64,000 nucleotides of DNA from Mobula hypostoma (taxonomy: Eukaryota). Positions 51,001-63,000 of the stretch are shown here, one piece after another. A program made the translations under genes and the position numbers. Below the pieces are notes generated by a model. The model searched no databases and was not told the DNA's origin. It was given only the letters and a program-made list of their open reading frames with translations. The stretch covers positions 222,892,001 through 222,956,000 of the forward strand of contig NC_086097.1 in the NCBI RefSeq assembly GCF_963921235.1. Reading direction: 5' to 3'. Position 1 is the first letter of the stretch. Each line of letters opens with the position of its first letter.

Positions 51001-54000
51001 GGATAGACAAAGGAGAATTGGTTGATGTTGTGTACTTGGATTTTCAGAAGGCCTTTGACAAGGTACCACACATGAGGCTGCTTAACAAGCTAGGAGCCCA
51101 TGGTATTACAGGAAAGACTCTAGCACGGATAAAGCAGCGGCTGACTGACAGAAGGCAAAGAGTGGAAATGAAGGGAGCCTTTCCTGGTTGGCTGCTAGTG
51201 ACTAGTGCTCTTCCTCAGGGGTCTGTATTGGGACCGATTCTTTTTACGTTATATGTCAATGATTTGGATGATGGAATTGATGGCTTTGTTGCAAAATTTG
51301 TAGATGATATGAAGATAGCTGGAGAGCAGGTAGTTTTGAGGAAGTAGAGAGGCTACAGAAGGACTTAGACAGATTAGCAGAATGGGCAAAGAAATGGCAG
51401 GTGGAATACAGTGTTGGGAAATGTATGGTCATGCACTTTGGTGGAAAAAATGAAATGGTTGACATTTTCTAAATGGAGAGAAAATACAAAACACTGGGTG
51501 CAAAGGGACTTGGGAGTCCTTGTGCAGAATTTCCTAAAGGTTAATTTGCAGGCTGAGTCTGCTTTGATGAGGAAGGCAAATACAATGTTGGCATTCAATT
51601 CAAGAGGACTAGAATATAAAAGCAAGGATATAATGTTGATACTTCATAAAGTACTGGTGAGGGCTCACTTAGACTATTGTGAGCTAGATTTGGGGCCCTT
51701 TTATCTTAGAAAGGAAATGCTGAAACTGCAGAGGGTTCAAAATAGATTCACAAAAATTACTCTAAGATTGAATGGCTTGTCATATGAAGAGCATTTGATG
51801 GCTCTGGGCTTATGTTCACTAGAATTCAGAAAAATGTGGGCTGACCTCATTGAAACCTATCGAGTGGTGAAAGGCCTTGATAGAATGGATGTGGAGATGA
51901 TGTTTCCTGTGGTGGGAGAGTCTTAAACCAGAGGACACAGCCTCAGTAGAGAGGCGTCCTTTTAGAACTGAGATGAGGAGCAATTTCTTTATTCAGATGT
52001 GGAGAATCTGTGGAATTCTTTGCCACCAGCAGCTGTGGAGCCCAAGTCTTTATATATATTTAAGGCAGAAGTTGATAGATTGTTCATTGGTCAGGGCATG
52101 ATGGGATACGGGGTGAAGGTAGGAGATTGAGGCTGTGAGGAAAATTGGATCAGCCAAGACGAAATTGCAGAGCAGACACGATGGGCCAAATGGCCTAATT
52201 CTGTTCCTATATATACCTTATGGTCTTATGGTCCTAATTATAACACTGAGGAATTTAAAGTTGCTGACCCTCTCCACCTTTGATCCCCCGATGAATATCG
52301 GCTCATGGACCTGCGGTATCATTCTCCTGAAATCAATAATCATTTCCTTGGTCATTCTGAAAGGTTGTTGTTGTGACACCACTTAGCCAGATTTTCATTC
52401 TCCTTCCTATAAGCTGATTCATCACAACCTTTGATCTGGCCAACAACAGAGGTGTCATCAGCTAAACCTAATTATGGCATCAGAGCTGTGCATAACCTTA
52501 CAATCGTAAGTACTGTATAAAGCGAGTAGAGTAGGAGGGCTAAGCACACAGTCTTGTGGTGCACCAGTGCTGATGAAGATTGTGGAGGAGATTTTGTTGC
52601 CAATCCAAACTGTTAAAGCAAAGGAGAGGGCATACAAGGAAGCAAAAATTAGTGGGAAGACAGAGGATTGGGAAGTTTTTAAAAGCTTACAGAAGGAAAC
52701 TAAGAAGGTCATTAAGAGGGAAAAGATTAACTATGAAAGGAAGCTAGCAAATAATATCAAAGAGGATACTAAAAGCTTTTTCAAGTATATGAAGAGTAAA
52801 AGACAGGTGAGAGTAGATATAGGACCGATAGAAAATGATGCTGGAGAAATTGTAATGGGAGATAAGGGGATGGCGGAGAAACTGAACGAGTATTTTGCAT
52901 CAGTCTTCACTGAGGAAGACATTAGCAGTATACTGGACACTCAAGGGTGGCAGGGAAGAGAAGTGTGCACAGTCACAATTACGACAGAGAAAGTACTCAG
53001 GAAGCTGAATAGTCTAAAGGTAGATAAATCTCCCAGACCAGATGGAATGCACCCTTGTGTTCTGAAGGAAGTAGCTGTGGAGATGGCGGAGGCATTAGCA
53101 ATGATCTTTCAAAAGTCAATAGATTCTGGCATGGTTCCGGAGGACTGGAAGATTGCAAATGTCACTTCGCTATTTAAGAAGGGGGCAAGGAAAAAGGGAA
53201 AAGAAGCAAAAAGGAAATTATGGACCTGTTAGCTTGACATCGGTGGTTGGGAAGTTGTTGGAGTCGATTGTCAAGGATGAGATTACAGAGTACCTGGAGG
53301 CATATGACCAGATAGGCAGAACTCAGCATGGATTCCTTAAAGGCAAATCCTGCCTGACAAACCTATTACAATTTTTTGAGGAAATTACAAGTAGGCTAGA
53401 CAAGGGAGATGCAGTGGATGTTGTATATTTGTATTTTCAGAAGGCCTTTGACAAGGTGCCACACATGAGGCTACTTAACAAAATAAGAGCCCGTGGAATT
53501 ACAGGAAAGTTACTTACGTGGATAGAGCATTGGCTGATTGGCAGGAAACAAAGAGTGGGAATAAAGGGATCCTATTCTGGTTGGCTGCCGGTTACCAGTC
53601 GTGTTCCACAGGGGTCCGTGTTGGGGCCGCTTCTTTTTACATTGTACATCAGCGATTTGGATTATGGAATAGATGGCTTTGTGGCTAAGTTTGCTGATGA
53701 TACAAAGATAGGTATCTTGGCTGGCACCAGGGCAGGAATGGATTCTCAATATTCCTGGATTTCAGTGCTTTAAAAGGGATAGAGAGGGCAGAAAAAGGGG
53801 AGGAGGGGTGGCATTACTGGTCAGGGATACTATTACAGCTACAGAAAGGGTGGGTAATGTAGCAGGATCCTTTTTTGAGTCAATATGGGTGGAAGTCAGG
53901 AACAGGAAGGGAGCAGTTACTCTACTGGGGGTATTCTGTAGGCCCCCTGGTAGCAGCAGAGATACAGAGGAGCAGATTGGGGGGTAGATTTTGGAAAGTT

Positions 54001-57000
54001 GCAAAATAAACAGGGTTGTTATCATGGGTGACTTTAACTTCCCTAATATTGATTGGCACCTGATTAGTTCCAAGGGTTTAGATGGGGCAGAATTTGTTAA
54101 GTGTGTCCAGGATGGATTGCTGTCACAGTATGTGGACAGGCCGACCAGGGGGAATGCCATACTAGATCTAGTACTAGGTAATGAACCGGGTCAGGTCACA
54201 GATCTCTCAGTGGGTGAGCATCTGGGGGACAGTGGCCATCGCTCCCTGGCCTTTATAAATATCCTGGAAAAGGATAGAATCAAAGAGGACAGGAAAATTT
54301 TTAATTGGGGAAAGGCAAATTATGAGGCTATAAGGCTAGAACTTGCGGGTGCGGATTGGGATGATGTTTTAGCAGGGAAATGTACTATGGACATGTGGTC
54401 GATGTTTAGAGATCTCTTGCGGGATGTAAGGGATAAATTTGTCCCAGTGAGGAAGATAAAGAATGGTAGGGTGAAGGAACCATGGGTGACAAGTGAGTTG
54501 GAAAATCTAGTCAGGTGGAAGAAGGCAGCATACATGAGGTTTAGGAAGCAAGGATCAGATGGGTCTATTGAGGAATATAGGGAAGCAAGAAAGGAGCTTA
54601 AGAAGGGGCTGAGAAGAGCAAGAAGGGGGCATGAGAAGGCCTTGGTGAGTAGGGTAAAGGAAAACCCCAAGGCATCCTTCAATTATGTGAAGAAAAAAAG
54701 GATGACAGGAGTGAAGGTAGGACCGATTAGAGATAAAGGTGGGAAGATGTGCCTGGAGGCTGTGGAAGTGAGCGAGGTCCTCAATGAATACTTCTCTTCG
54801 GTATTCACCAATGAGAGGGAACTTGATGATGGTGAGGACAATATGAGTGAGGTTGATGTTCTGGAGCATGTTGGTATTAAGGGAGAGGAGGTGTTGGAGT
54901 TGTTAAAATACATTAGGACAGATAAGTCCCCGGGGCCTGACGGAATATTCCCCAGGCTGCTCCATGAGGCGAGAGAAGAGATTGCTGAGCCTCTGGCTAG
55001 GATCTTTATGTCCTCGTTGTCCACGAGAATGGTACCGGAGGATTGGAGGGAGGCGAATGTTGTTCCCTTGTTCAAAAAAGGTAGTAGGGATAATCCGGGT
55101 AATTATAGACCAGTGAGCCTTACGTCTGTGGTGGGAAAGCTGTTGGAAAAGATTCTTAGAGATAGGATCTATAGGCATTTAGAGAATCATGGTCTGATCA
55201 GGGACAGTCAGCATGGCTTTGTGAAGGGCAGATCGTGTCTAACAAGCCTGATAGAGTTCTTTGAGGAGGTGACCAGGCATATAGATGAGGGTAGTGCAGT
55301 GGATGTGATCTATATGGATTTTAGTAAGGCATTTGACAAGGTTCCACACGGTAGGCTTATTCAGAAAGAGATTGCATAGGATGCAGAAGTGGGCTGAGAA
55401 GTGGCAGATGGAGTTCAACCCGGAGAAGTGTGAGGTGGTACACTTTGGAAGGACAAACTCCAAGGCAGAGTACAAAGTAAATGGCAGGATACTTGGTAGT
55501 GTGGAGGAGCAGAGGGATCTCGGGGTACATGTCAACAGATCCCTGAAAGTTGCCTCACAGTTGGATAGGGTAGTTAAGAAAGCTTATGGGGTGTTAGCTT
55601 TCATAAGTCGAGGGATAGAGTTTAAGAGTCGCGATGTAATGATGCAGCTCTATAAAACTCTGGTCAGGCCACACTTGGAGTATTGTGTCCAGTTCTGGTC
55701 ACCTCACTATAGGAAGGATGTAGAAGCATTGGAAAGGGTACAGAGGAGATTTACCAGGATGCTGCCTGGTTTAGAAAGTATGCATTATGATCAGAGATTA
55801 AGGGAGCTAGGGCTTTACTCTTCGGAGAGAAGGAGGATGAGAGGAGACATGATAGAGGTGTACAAGATAATAAGAGGAATAGATAGAGTGGATAGCCAGT
55901 GCCTCTTCCCCAGGGCACCACTGCTCAATACAAGAGGACATGGCTTTAAGGTAAGGGGTGGGAAGTTCAAGGGGGATATTAGAGGAAGGTTTTTTTACTC
56001 AGAGAGTGGTTGGTGCGTGGAACGCACTGCCTGAGTCAGTGGTGGAGGCAGGTACCTAGTAAAGTTTAAGAGACTACTAGACAGGTATATGGAGGAATCT
56101 AAGGTGGGGCCTTATATGGGATGCAGGGTTTGAGGGTCGGCACAACAAAGGGCCTGTACTGTGCTGTACTATTCTATGTTCTATGTAAGTGGAGGGGCTG
56201 GTAGTGCTGAGGAAACGGAGAGTCTGCAGAGACACTTGGATAGATTGGAAGAATGGGCAAAGAAGTGGCAAATGAAATACAATGTTGGAAAGTGTATGGT
56301 TATGCACTTTGGCAGAAGAAATAAATGGGCAGACTATTATTTAAGTGGGGAAAGAATTCAAAGTTCTGAGATGCAATGGGACTTGGTAGTCCTCGTACAG
56401 GATACCCTTAAGGTTAACCTCCAGGTTGAGTCGGTGGTGAAGAAGGCGAATGCAATGTTGGCATTCATTTCTAGAGGAATAGAGTATAGGAGCAGGGATG
56501 TGATGTTGAGGCTCTATAAGGCGCTGGTGAGACCTCACTTGGAGTACTGTGGGCAGTTTTGGTCTCCTTATAGTCATAGTCATACTTTATTGATCCCGAG
56601 GGAAATTGGGTTTCGTTGCAGTTGCACCAACCAAGAATAGAGTATAGATATAGCAATATAAAAACCATAAATAATTAAATAATAGTATGTAAATTATTTA
56701 AGAAAGGATGTGCTGACGTTGGAGAGGGTACAGAGAAGATTCACTAGAATGATTCCGGGAATGAGAGGAACATTTGTCCGCTCTTGGGCTGTATTCCTTG
56801 GAGTTTAGAAGAATGAGGGGAGACCTCATAGAAACATTTTGAATGTTGAAAGGCATGGACAAAGTGGATGTGGCAAAGTTGTTTCCCATGATGGCGGAGT
56901 CTAGTATGAGAGGGCATGACTTAAGGATTGAAGGGCACCCATTCAGAACAGAAATGCGAAGAAATTTTTTTCGCCAGAGGGTGGTGAATCTATGGAATTT

Positions 57001-60000
57001 GTTTCCACAGGCAGCCGTGGAGGCCAAGTCATTGGGTGTATTTAAGGCAGAGATTGATAGGTATCTGAGTAGCCAGGGCATCAAAGGTTATGGTGAGAAG
57101 GCAAGGGAATGGGACTAAATGGGAGAATGGAGCAGCTGATGATAAAATGGCGGAGCAGACTCGATGGGCTGAATGGCCGACTTCTGCTCCTTTGTCTTAT
57201 GGGTCTTCAAGTGAGGAAATTGAGGATCCACTTACACAAGGAGGTATTGAGGCTTAGGTCTTGAAGCTTATTAATTAGTTTTGAGGGAATGATATTATTA
57301 TGATTATGAGGACACGCAGTCCTCTTTTATTGTCATTTAGTAAAGCATTCATTAAGAAATGATAAAAATGTTTTTCCAGAATGATATCACGAAAACACAT
57401 GAGACACCGACTTAAAAACTAACAAAACCACATAATTATAACATATAGTTACAACAATGCAAAGTAATACCGTAATTTGATAAGAACAGACCATGGCACG
57501 GTAACGTCTCAAAGTCTCTCGAAAGTCCCATCATCTCACGCGGACGGTAAACCTCCAGCATTGCCAACTTGCCGATGCAGCATCCCGGAAGCATCCGACC
57601 ACAGTCCAACTCCGAAGTCGTCCTAAAACTCCGAGCCTCCGACCAGCTCTCCGACACCGAGCACTGAGCACTGAGCACCGAGCGTTTCGACCCCGGCCCT
57701 GGCAAATAGTATTGAATGCCGAGATGTAGTCAATGAAGAGCATTGTGAGGTATGCATCTTCACAGTCCAGATGTTCGAGTGTTGGGCGACATGCCATTAA
57801 AATGGCATCTGCTGTTGATCTGTTGTGACAGGAGACAAACTGGGGTGTATCCAAGTCACTTCTCAAGCAGGAGTTGATATGTTTCATCACTAACCCCTCA
57901 AAGCACTTCATCACGGTGGACGTGAGTGCTACTGGATGATTGTCATTGAGGCAGATTGCCAGGTTCTTTATGGGTGTTATTGAAGCCTGTTTGAAGCAAG
58001 TAGGTACTTCAGACTACTGAATTGAGAGGTTCAAATTATCGGTGAACTCTCCAGCCAGTTGATCAGTACAGATCTATGGTACTCAGCCGGGTGTCACATC
58101 TGGGCTGGATGCTTTCTCTGGGTTCACCCTCCCGAAGGATGCTCTTACGTCAGCCTCAATGACTGAAATCACAGGGTCTTTGACGGCTGCAGTTCCTCCA
58201 TGCTTCGATGGTCAAAGTGAGCATAGAAGGCATTGAGCTCATCTGGGAGCGAAGCCTTGTTTTCGTCTCTGTCGCTTGCGTTTACTTTGTGGAGGGGATA
58301 ACATTCAAGCCCTGCCACAGCTGCCGAGCATCCTTCAGTGATTCAAGTTTGGTTCAGAATTGCCACTTAGCACATGAGGTGGCTTTCCAGAGATCATACC
58401 TGGACCTCTTGTATTTTACTTGGTCGCCAGACCTGAATGCAACTAATCTGGGCCTCAGCAGATTGTGGATCTCAAGGATCCACCAGGGCTTTTGGTTTGG
58501 GAAGACTCTGAGTGACACTCGTCTACAACTGTTTTTATAAGGTCCATGACAACTATGGTATATTCACTCAGATCCTCTGAGTCCTTGAACATAGCCCATT
58601 CCACCGACTCAGTGAAATCCTATCGTTGCTCCTTTGCCTCCTGCAACCGCCTCTTTGCTGTCCTCATCTCCGGAGCTTTGAACCTTCGCCGCTGCCTGTA
58701 TGCAGTTAGGAGGAGCACAGCCAAGTGATCAGATTTCCCAAAATGCAGTCTAAAAATGGAATGGTAGGCATTCTTAATCATAGTATAGCAGTGGTTCAAT
58801 CTGTTGGGACCCCTGGTGTTGGTGGTGATATGTTGATGAGAATTCAGCTGATATTTCTTCCAACAAGCCTGAGTGAAGTCCCCAACAATGATTTGAAAGG
58901 CATCAGGATAGGCTGTTTCTTGGTTGTTGATGCTGGTACTCAGTGCCTTGAGTGTCTGCCTAACGTCAGCCTTTGGCGTTATGTAAACTGCTTTCAGGAT
59001 CACGGAGGAGAATTCTCTTGGTAAGTAGAATGGTCACCGCTTAATCATTAGATGTTCCACGTCGGGAGAGCAAGGATATGGCAGGTAAAAGGGGTTACAA
59101 ATTTCATTGGCTATTCTAAAATACGTATGTTTTGTTTTATGTTCTTTCCCTTTACAATGAAGTGCCTGTGAATCAAAGGCACCATAACACAAAAGACAAG
59201 AATTTAATTTAGTTCTGATAAGTAGCTTGTGAGGATTATTGTTTCAGTGGGTTCACTGCTTTCTAGCGGTTAGCTGATTGCATTTGTAGATATTCGGACC
59301 ACACTTTGTCTGTAGTTGAACCTGTTGATCTGCATTGATTTTAAAAATGCTTAAGTGGTCGTTTTAATGTAAAAGCATTGAATTGTCTGGTCTTATTTTT
59401 ATCTATTAATGGTGGGTAGTTGAAAAGGTTGGAAATGAATAAGGCAACATGTTGAAGCCGTGAAATATAGGTTGGAGCTGCTGCAGATAATCGAAAACAA
59501 AAGAATATTAGAAATGCCCAGCAGATGCGACAGCAGTTGTCAAATAAGGAAAAGGAAGGAAATTTTACAGATAGATAACTGTACAACAGAATTGGTCAAT
59601 GTTGATACAGAGAAAGCGAGTTACCTGATACTGTTCAATTCAAATTTGTGTCCTGAAGCCTGCAAGGTGACCAGATGGAAGATAGGGTGCTGTTCCTCAA
59701 GCTTACATTGTGATTCATTGGAATAATACATAAGGTCACAAACAGACAGGTCAAGGTGGATTAGTGAATAAAAGTCACCGGCAACTGGAAGCTTGCGGCC
59801 ATCCCTGAACAGAATGAAGTTGGTCTGTAAAGCATCCAGACATTCTGAGTTTGTTTCTCTGTCACAGAGGAGACCACATTGTGAGCACTGAGTGTAATAA
59901 ATTAGATCAGGAGAGGTGCAAGTGAATTGCTGTTTCACTTGAAAGAACTTGCTGTTTCCTAAATGATGGAAAGTGGTGTAATAAAAACTGATTCCTTCAT

Positions 60001-63000
60001 CTATAGCTCGACGCAGCTATTTTAATTCTGGTCTATGTAGCTGTAAACCATGTCACCAACAGTGGTTCCTCTTCCAGATCATAGTTCAAAGTTCAAAAGT
60101 TACACTTATTATCAAAGTATTACCTCCTGTGTCCTTTAAAGATATGTCTTTAGCCACTTTCCTCTTATCCAGATGCTGTCTCTCTGCAACATTGTCCTGA
60201 AACATCGCATCAGTTTCCACATGTATGCTCCAACCTGTAGTCCTACTTCACTAGCAGTTCTCTTGAACTGTTCCACTATCACTGAATTTTCAGATCTGAC
60301 ATGCGGCATTGAACGAACAGAGATTTTCTTACATATTGGAGAGATTAAAGCCTTTGATGTCAATCTTTATCGTAAACTTTGTTCTTTAACAAAAAGTTAG
60401 TATCCTAGCCACTGACTAGATCCTTCTTCCTAATACTTGTCTGAAACTAAGATAGCCTTGGTGTCATATTTAGTGTTCAGTTGGCCTTTGGAGCTCAGAT
60501 CATCTCTATTGCTGAAGCTTTTAGCAATAATTTATTGAGCTCCAGGCTTGACTATTTCAGTGCATTCTGGCTAGTTATTTTGTTCATTCTATTCTCCTTT
60601 ACTGAAGCCATTCAAAACTTTGCTATCTGGGCCTTTAATTGCTTTTTCTAATCCCCTTGCAGTTTTGTAATCCTTTGAATTTGGAGGACCTAAAAATTTG
60701 GCTTATTGATCAATTCACCGTTGGTGACTGCCTTGAGGTGAAGACATTAAACTTTAAAATTCATGTAGAAATATTTTGCCCCCTTTAAGATGCCCCACAA
60801 AACCTAACTCTGTCTGAACTTTAGGCCATGCTCTCTAATATTTCCCCGCAAGGCTTGTTGCAAGTTTTTGTTTAATAACTCCACTTTGGAAATTTTGCTA
60901 TGTTAAATGTAAAGCAAATTGTAACAGGAAGACGTGAATTTAAAATCCTTACTGAATGAGGAACAACATTTTACATTAACTTTACATATTGTTCGAGTAG
61001 CCTTTATTTTAAAGACAAAAGCATTAGTTCTTTTCAGAAAATGTAATAAATACTTGAATTAGAGCATGTTACAGGACTGGTGAGTGCTCTGAGTAAATGG
61101 AATTAATTTGGGGTTTCATTAGCAAAACACAAATATATTGGTGAATGACCCATCTGGCTGCCAGATGATTCCATGATGATTCTTAGAGTCAGCTTCAGCA
61201 AAGATAAAATTGAATCAAGATAATTACCCTAGAAACACATTAAAGAAACTAGATAATAATCAGTTTGATTTGAAACAGCTTTAAGAAATTAGATTCTCAT
61301 TGTCATATTAAAAATTACAAAAGGGATTAAGATTTATACATTCATCCATTGTACAAGAGATTTACACAATGAATGCATAGAACCTGAAATACAGTATGTT
61401 CTGGAATAAGCAGATGGAAAGCATAGGATTAGGTGGTGAAGTGAGAAAATTGCAGTATTTGATAGTTTTCAACATAATCGACAGAGGATGTTTTGGTAAA
61501 ATACAGTGTTTTCATACAACTAAATGTTTTAAAATATAACTTGATAGTAATAGCAAAGCTTCTTTCTGAGACTTTAATTGAAACTATCATAATATCTAAT
61601 TGTTTAGTTGCCAGATACTTTTTAATTTCTGCTAATAACTTATTCCAAAGCTTGAGCAGTGTGAATGCTGATGTTTAACACTGTATAATTGAAGTTATTA
61701 AAGCTCTTGAGCAGTTTTCTTTTGTAACTCTGTCCTTTATAAAGCTTTCTGTTGTCTCTACTACTTTGGATAATTTATTTTATTACAAATTGTCTTTGCA
61801 GTATTCCTCACCCAAGTGACACCTGTTTTAGCAACAGTAGTGGTAGGTAGATGTATATCATTCACCATTTTGATTTAATCTTTTTGTCTGTCTTAATTGA
61901 GATAACAGAATAATACAAAAACCTAAACTGCAATAGTTTATAGGTCTGCAATAACTTGCAATGATAGTTCACTCTGGAGAGTGAAGCTATGTTTATTTAT
62001 ATCATTCCCTACTCTTCCCTCAAACCACTTAGAATTGCTAAAGTTAATTATATTGTGCGGTTATCAGGAGATGGCAATGCATATATTTTGTAAGCAAGAT
62101 GTTTTGATGGCAGTTCTAACTGCATTTTACAAAAGTTGCCATGATCTTGCCTTGATATCGAATTGCATTCTTCCCTTTCCGGGCAATTGTTCATAACCTG
62201 AAAGTAAGTCAGCTATGAACAAAAACAGTGTGTGGGAGAGGATCATAGAACTCCTGTGATGAGAGAGCAAGCAGTTGTGAGATGAACGGCTGCCTGTGAA
62301 TCAGTGAGTGAGCTATTGTCCCATCTTAACTTGGCTTGACACCATCCCCCAGTTGTTACCCTTTGGGAGAGGGTGTAATAGAAATGGAAATACAGAAATG
62401 CAGCAGCTAGCAAACCCCGACCTACCCCATCCATCTTGCTGGTGTCCATAAACCGGACATTTGTAACAGATGTGCTGAAAATATGTGGCATATTAATCAA
62501 GATCTGACAAAGAAAAGCTGAGTTAAATTGTCAAGTTTATCAGAAACTAAATTGAGATTTGAGTTCTGATGAAGGTTGTATATCAAATATTCAATTTTCC
62601 TTTATCTCTCAGGTGGTGGCTAACATGGTGAACTTTTATCTATTTTTATTAATGTGAAGATTGGAAATGTTCACATTTCTGATCTACATCTCGAAGTAAT
62701 ATAAATATACGAATTTGGCTGACAGAGAATTTGCCTTTTTTCCCCATTGTTGTTTAACAAGAGCATTCAATTATGTCAAGAGCATTTTATTTCAAAGTCC
62801 AAAATTTTTAGTGATGATTAAAATCTCATGATATTGTGGGCATTAATTTGAAAATCTGAGTTAAAGGTTAAATTCATTTCCATTCAGTTAATGTCTGGAA
62901 TTAACAAAAATTTTACCGCTGCACTTTCGGTTGTCAGTTTGATTATATGTCATAGCAGCAAGTTTTGCAGAGAGTAAAAAGAAACTGTGGTATGACCTGA

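Larger units (their letters stand above)
48708..59078 (-). mobile_element. Rex1/Babar element (EN, RT and 3' end) broken into four pieces by nested insertions: about 48708-49430, 52236-52610, 57200-57300, 57704-59078
   Basis: Pieces are collinear: 3' tail; [20 protein letters not shown]...[16 protein letters not shown]...VGDF...FGKSDH. Confidence 0.8.

Noticed and set aside
62560..62640. Additional functional hammerhead (gagtt-ctgatga-agg...)
   Set aside because: CUGAUGA is present but helix II and the GAAA core are decayed; treated as a fossil Penelope end.
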